Source of the DNA: Selaginella moellendorffii
Lineage: Eukaryota > Plantae > Lycopodiophyta
Direction: 5' to 3'
Assembly: GCF_000143415.4 (NCBI RefSeq)
Contig: NW_003314288.1
Span: forward strand, 1,120,047-1,184,046
Length of the DNA stretch: 64,000 bases
Part shown: positions 62,261-64,000 of the stretch, one piece after another
Layout of the letters: every line of letters starts with the position of its first letter
Position numbering within the stretch: position 1 is the stretch's first letter
The notes under the pieces: model-generated
Told to the model about the DNA's origin: nothing
Databases searched by the model: none
What the model saw: only the letters and a program-made list of their open reading frames with translations
Made by a program: the position numbers and the translations under genes

Positions 62261-62956
62261 ATGGCGACTTTCTTGTTTTGTTTGGCAGTCTTGTACGCGT
62301 CTATGTCTACTCTACAAGCTTTGTCTTCCGATCCCGATCTTGTCCGAGACTTTTGTGTGGCAGACCTCGACCATCCGCGTATCCCTGCACGAGTATCCCT
62401 GCAAGCCGTATGCCAACGTGACGATCGACGACTTCGTCTTCAGCGGCTTGCTCACTCCTGCCGACCCCAGCCTGGGCCCCTCGGGCACCAGCGTCACTCC
62501 AGCCTTCGTCGAGACTTTTCCAGGACTCCATCGTTTGCTCGGCTCGACTTTGTGGAGGGTGGCCTCATCCCGCCTCACACGCATCCTCGCGCCTCCGAGT
62601 TCGTCTACATCACCCTAGGTCGCTTCTACGCTGGATTCATCGACACAGCCAACAGGGCGTTTGCGAGAGTTTACTCCAAGGGCGTTTGCGAGAGTTTACT
62701 TCAAGGGCGAGGTGATGATCTTCCCGAGGGGTCTCATCCACTGGCAGCTCAATGTGGGAGAGGGTTCAGCGTCGGCTTTTGCAGTGCTAACAGCGAGAAG
62801 CCCGGCTTTCAGACCATAGCTCCGTCCATGTTCGGGAGTGGTGTCACGGAAGAAGTTCTCCAAAAGGCATTTCGGCTGGACGCTCAGACTGTGCACAGGC
62901 TTGTCGAAGAGTTTGTTCCCATGGCTGAATTCATCCGAGGCACAGTACGGTCGTGA
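62261..62956 (+). pseudogene. Germin-like gene with multiple partly compensating frameshifts
   Basis: Signal peptide, DFCVADL, PPHTHPRASE. Small tandem duplications at ~62380 and ~62655-62700 shift KPYANVTIDDFVFSG and the GLIHWQLN box out of the main frame. Confidence 0.88.
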
Positions 62957-63114
62957 TTAAATTCATTGTAGAGCAATAACACAATGTTACTCAAATGGAA
63001 TCTAGTTTTAATCGACCACTTTCATCTTAATCTTTTGATCTACTTGTTAATTCGCAGTGAATGGCGGCAAGTTCTGTATAAACTGCGGACGTAGACTTGG
63101 TGCTCGGCAGAAAA

Positions 63115-63300
63115 ATGGCAGGGTTGTTTTGCTTCTCAGCCTTGTTCTTGATGCTCACTCTCGCCACAGCAAGTTTCATGCTAGGATCGCATGTCTTTTG
63201 CGTTGCGGACCTGCATTGTCCGCTGCTCACCAACAACAACTACTCGTGCAAACCATACCCCAACGTGACGATCGACGACTTCGTCTTCAGCGGCTTGCTC
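63115..63300 (+). pseudogene. Germin-like 5' fragment (paralog of 44225-44905)
   Basis: MAGLFCFSALFLM...FCVADLHCPLLTNNNYSCKPYPNVTIDDFVFSGLL, then unrelated sequence. Confidence 0.87.
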
Positions 63301-64000
63301 GTTCAATTGCTGGTCGAACAATTGAACCCATCATGACTGGTCCATGTGTCTCCATCTGGTCTCCAGGCTTTGCGAAAGCTTTGGCCAAAACTATGGTTAG
63401 TCAGCACGCATGCAACTACAGAACAGCCATGAAGGTGTGTAGGCAAGCCTGTTGTAAATGCTTGTAGAGGCCTTTAGCCAGGAAACATCATGTTCAGGTT
63501 CTTCTAGACTCTGCCTCTTATACTCTCTCTCTCTCTTGGGGTCATTGAGTTTCCCCAGCATGCTGCAAGACAACACCATCTTCCCCTCAGCAAGAGTGTC
63601 ATGTCATGGCATAGGAATTCCTTGCACATCCTCTCACAAGACCAAACTCTCTTAGAAATGAGCCCTAACATGTCTTCGATTTTGACACCCTTGGACACAG
63701 GAATCTACATGCAAAGTTTCCTGCTAAGATCACCTGTTTAAAACACTCATAAACACTTCAACCCATGGGTGAATTTATATATTAACTATGTGGCTTTCCC
63801 CTTGTGATCTATTTGTCAATTGGCAGCATCTTTTGAGGCTAAGGAATAGAGAGAGGAACAGGTTGACAGTGAATCCGGTGAAGGATGAGACTTAAGAAAG
63901 GAAACAAGTTAAAGATAATTTATAGAAGTTGTCTTACATAATAAGTAATCAAATAGATCAATGATTATTGCATATTTCACGAAGCCAAAATAGCAACTGC

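Overview
This is eukaryotic plant nuclear DNA. The many intronless PLS-class PPR genes rich in 31-aa repeats, the ~50-nt introns, the short LTRs and the tight gene packing suggest a lycophyte such as Selaginella; this is an inference, not a database match. The first ~42 kb is mostly nested Ty3/Gypsy LTR retrotransposons from several lineages. They include a decayed Athila/Tat-like element, a Tcn1-like element nested inside it with an apparent self-priming site, two copies of a Met-tRNA-primed family, and a young element with 174-bp LTRs, a 4-bp TSD, an Ala-like PBS and a -1 frameshift signal. This part also holds a PIF/Harbinger transposon with 16-bp TIRs, a frameshifted PPR gene with a DYW:WW-type domain, and an RRP5 pseudogene. 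The last ~22 kb is gene-dense: three PLS-E PPR genes, a cluster of six germin-like copies (one intact) in direct and inverted duplications, a single-domain Gnk2/DUF26-like gene, and a DNAJC9/J6-like DnaJ gene. The most unusual structure is at 20282-25081: a Gypsy element whose 3' LTR is replaced by an inverted, different 104-bp LTR plus PBS, with the whole unit flanked by one 5-bp TSD. Four N-gaps limit interpretation.
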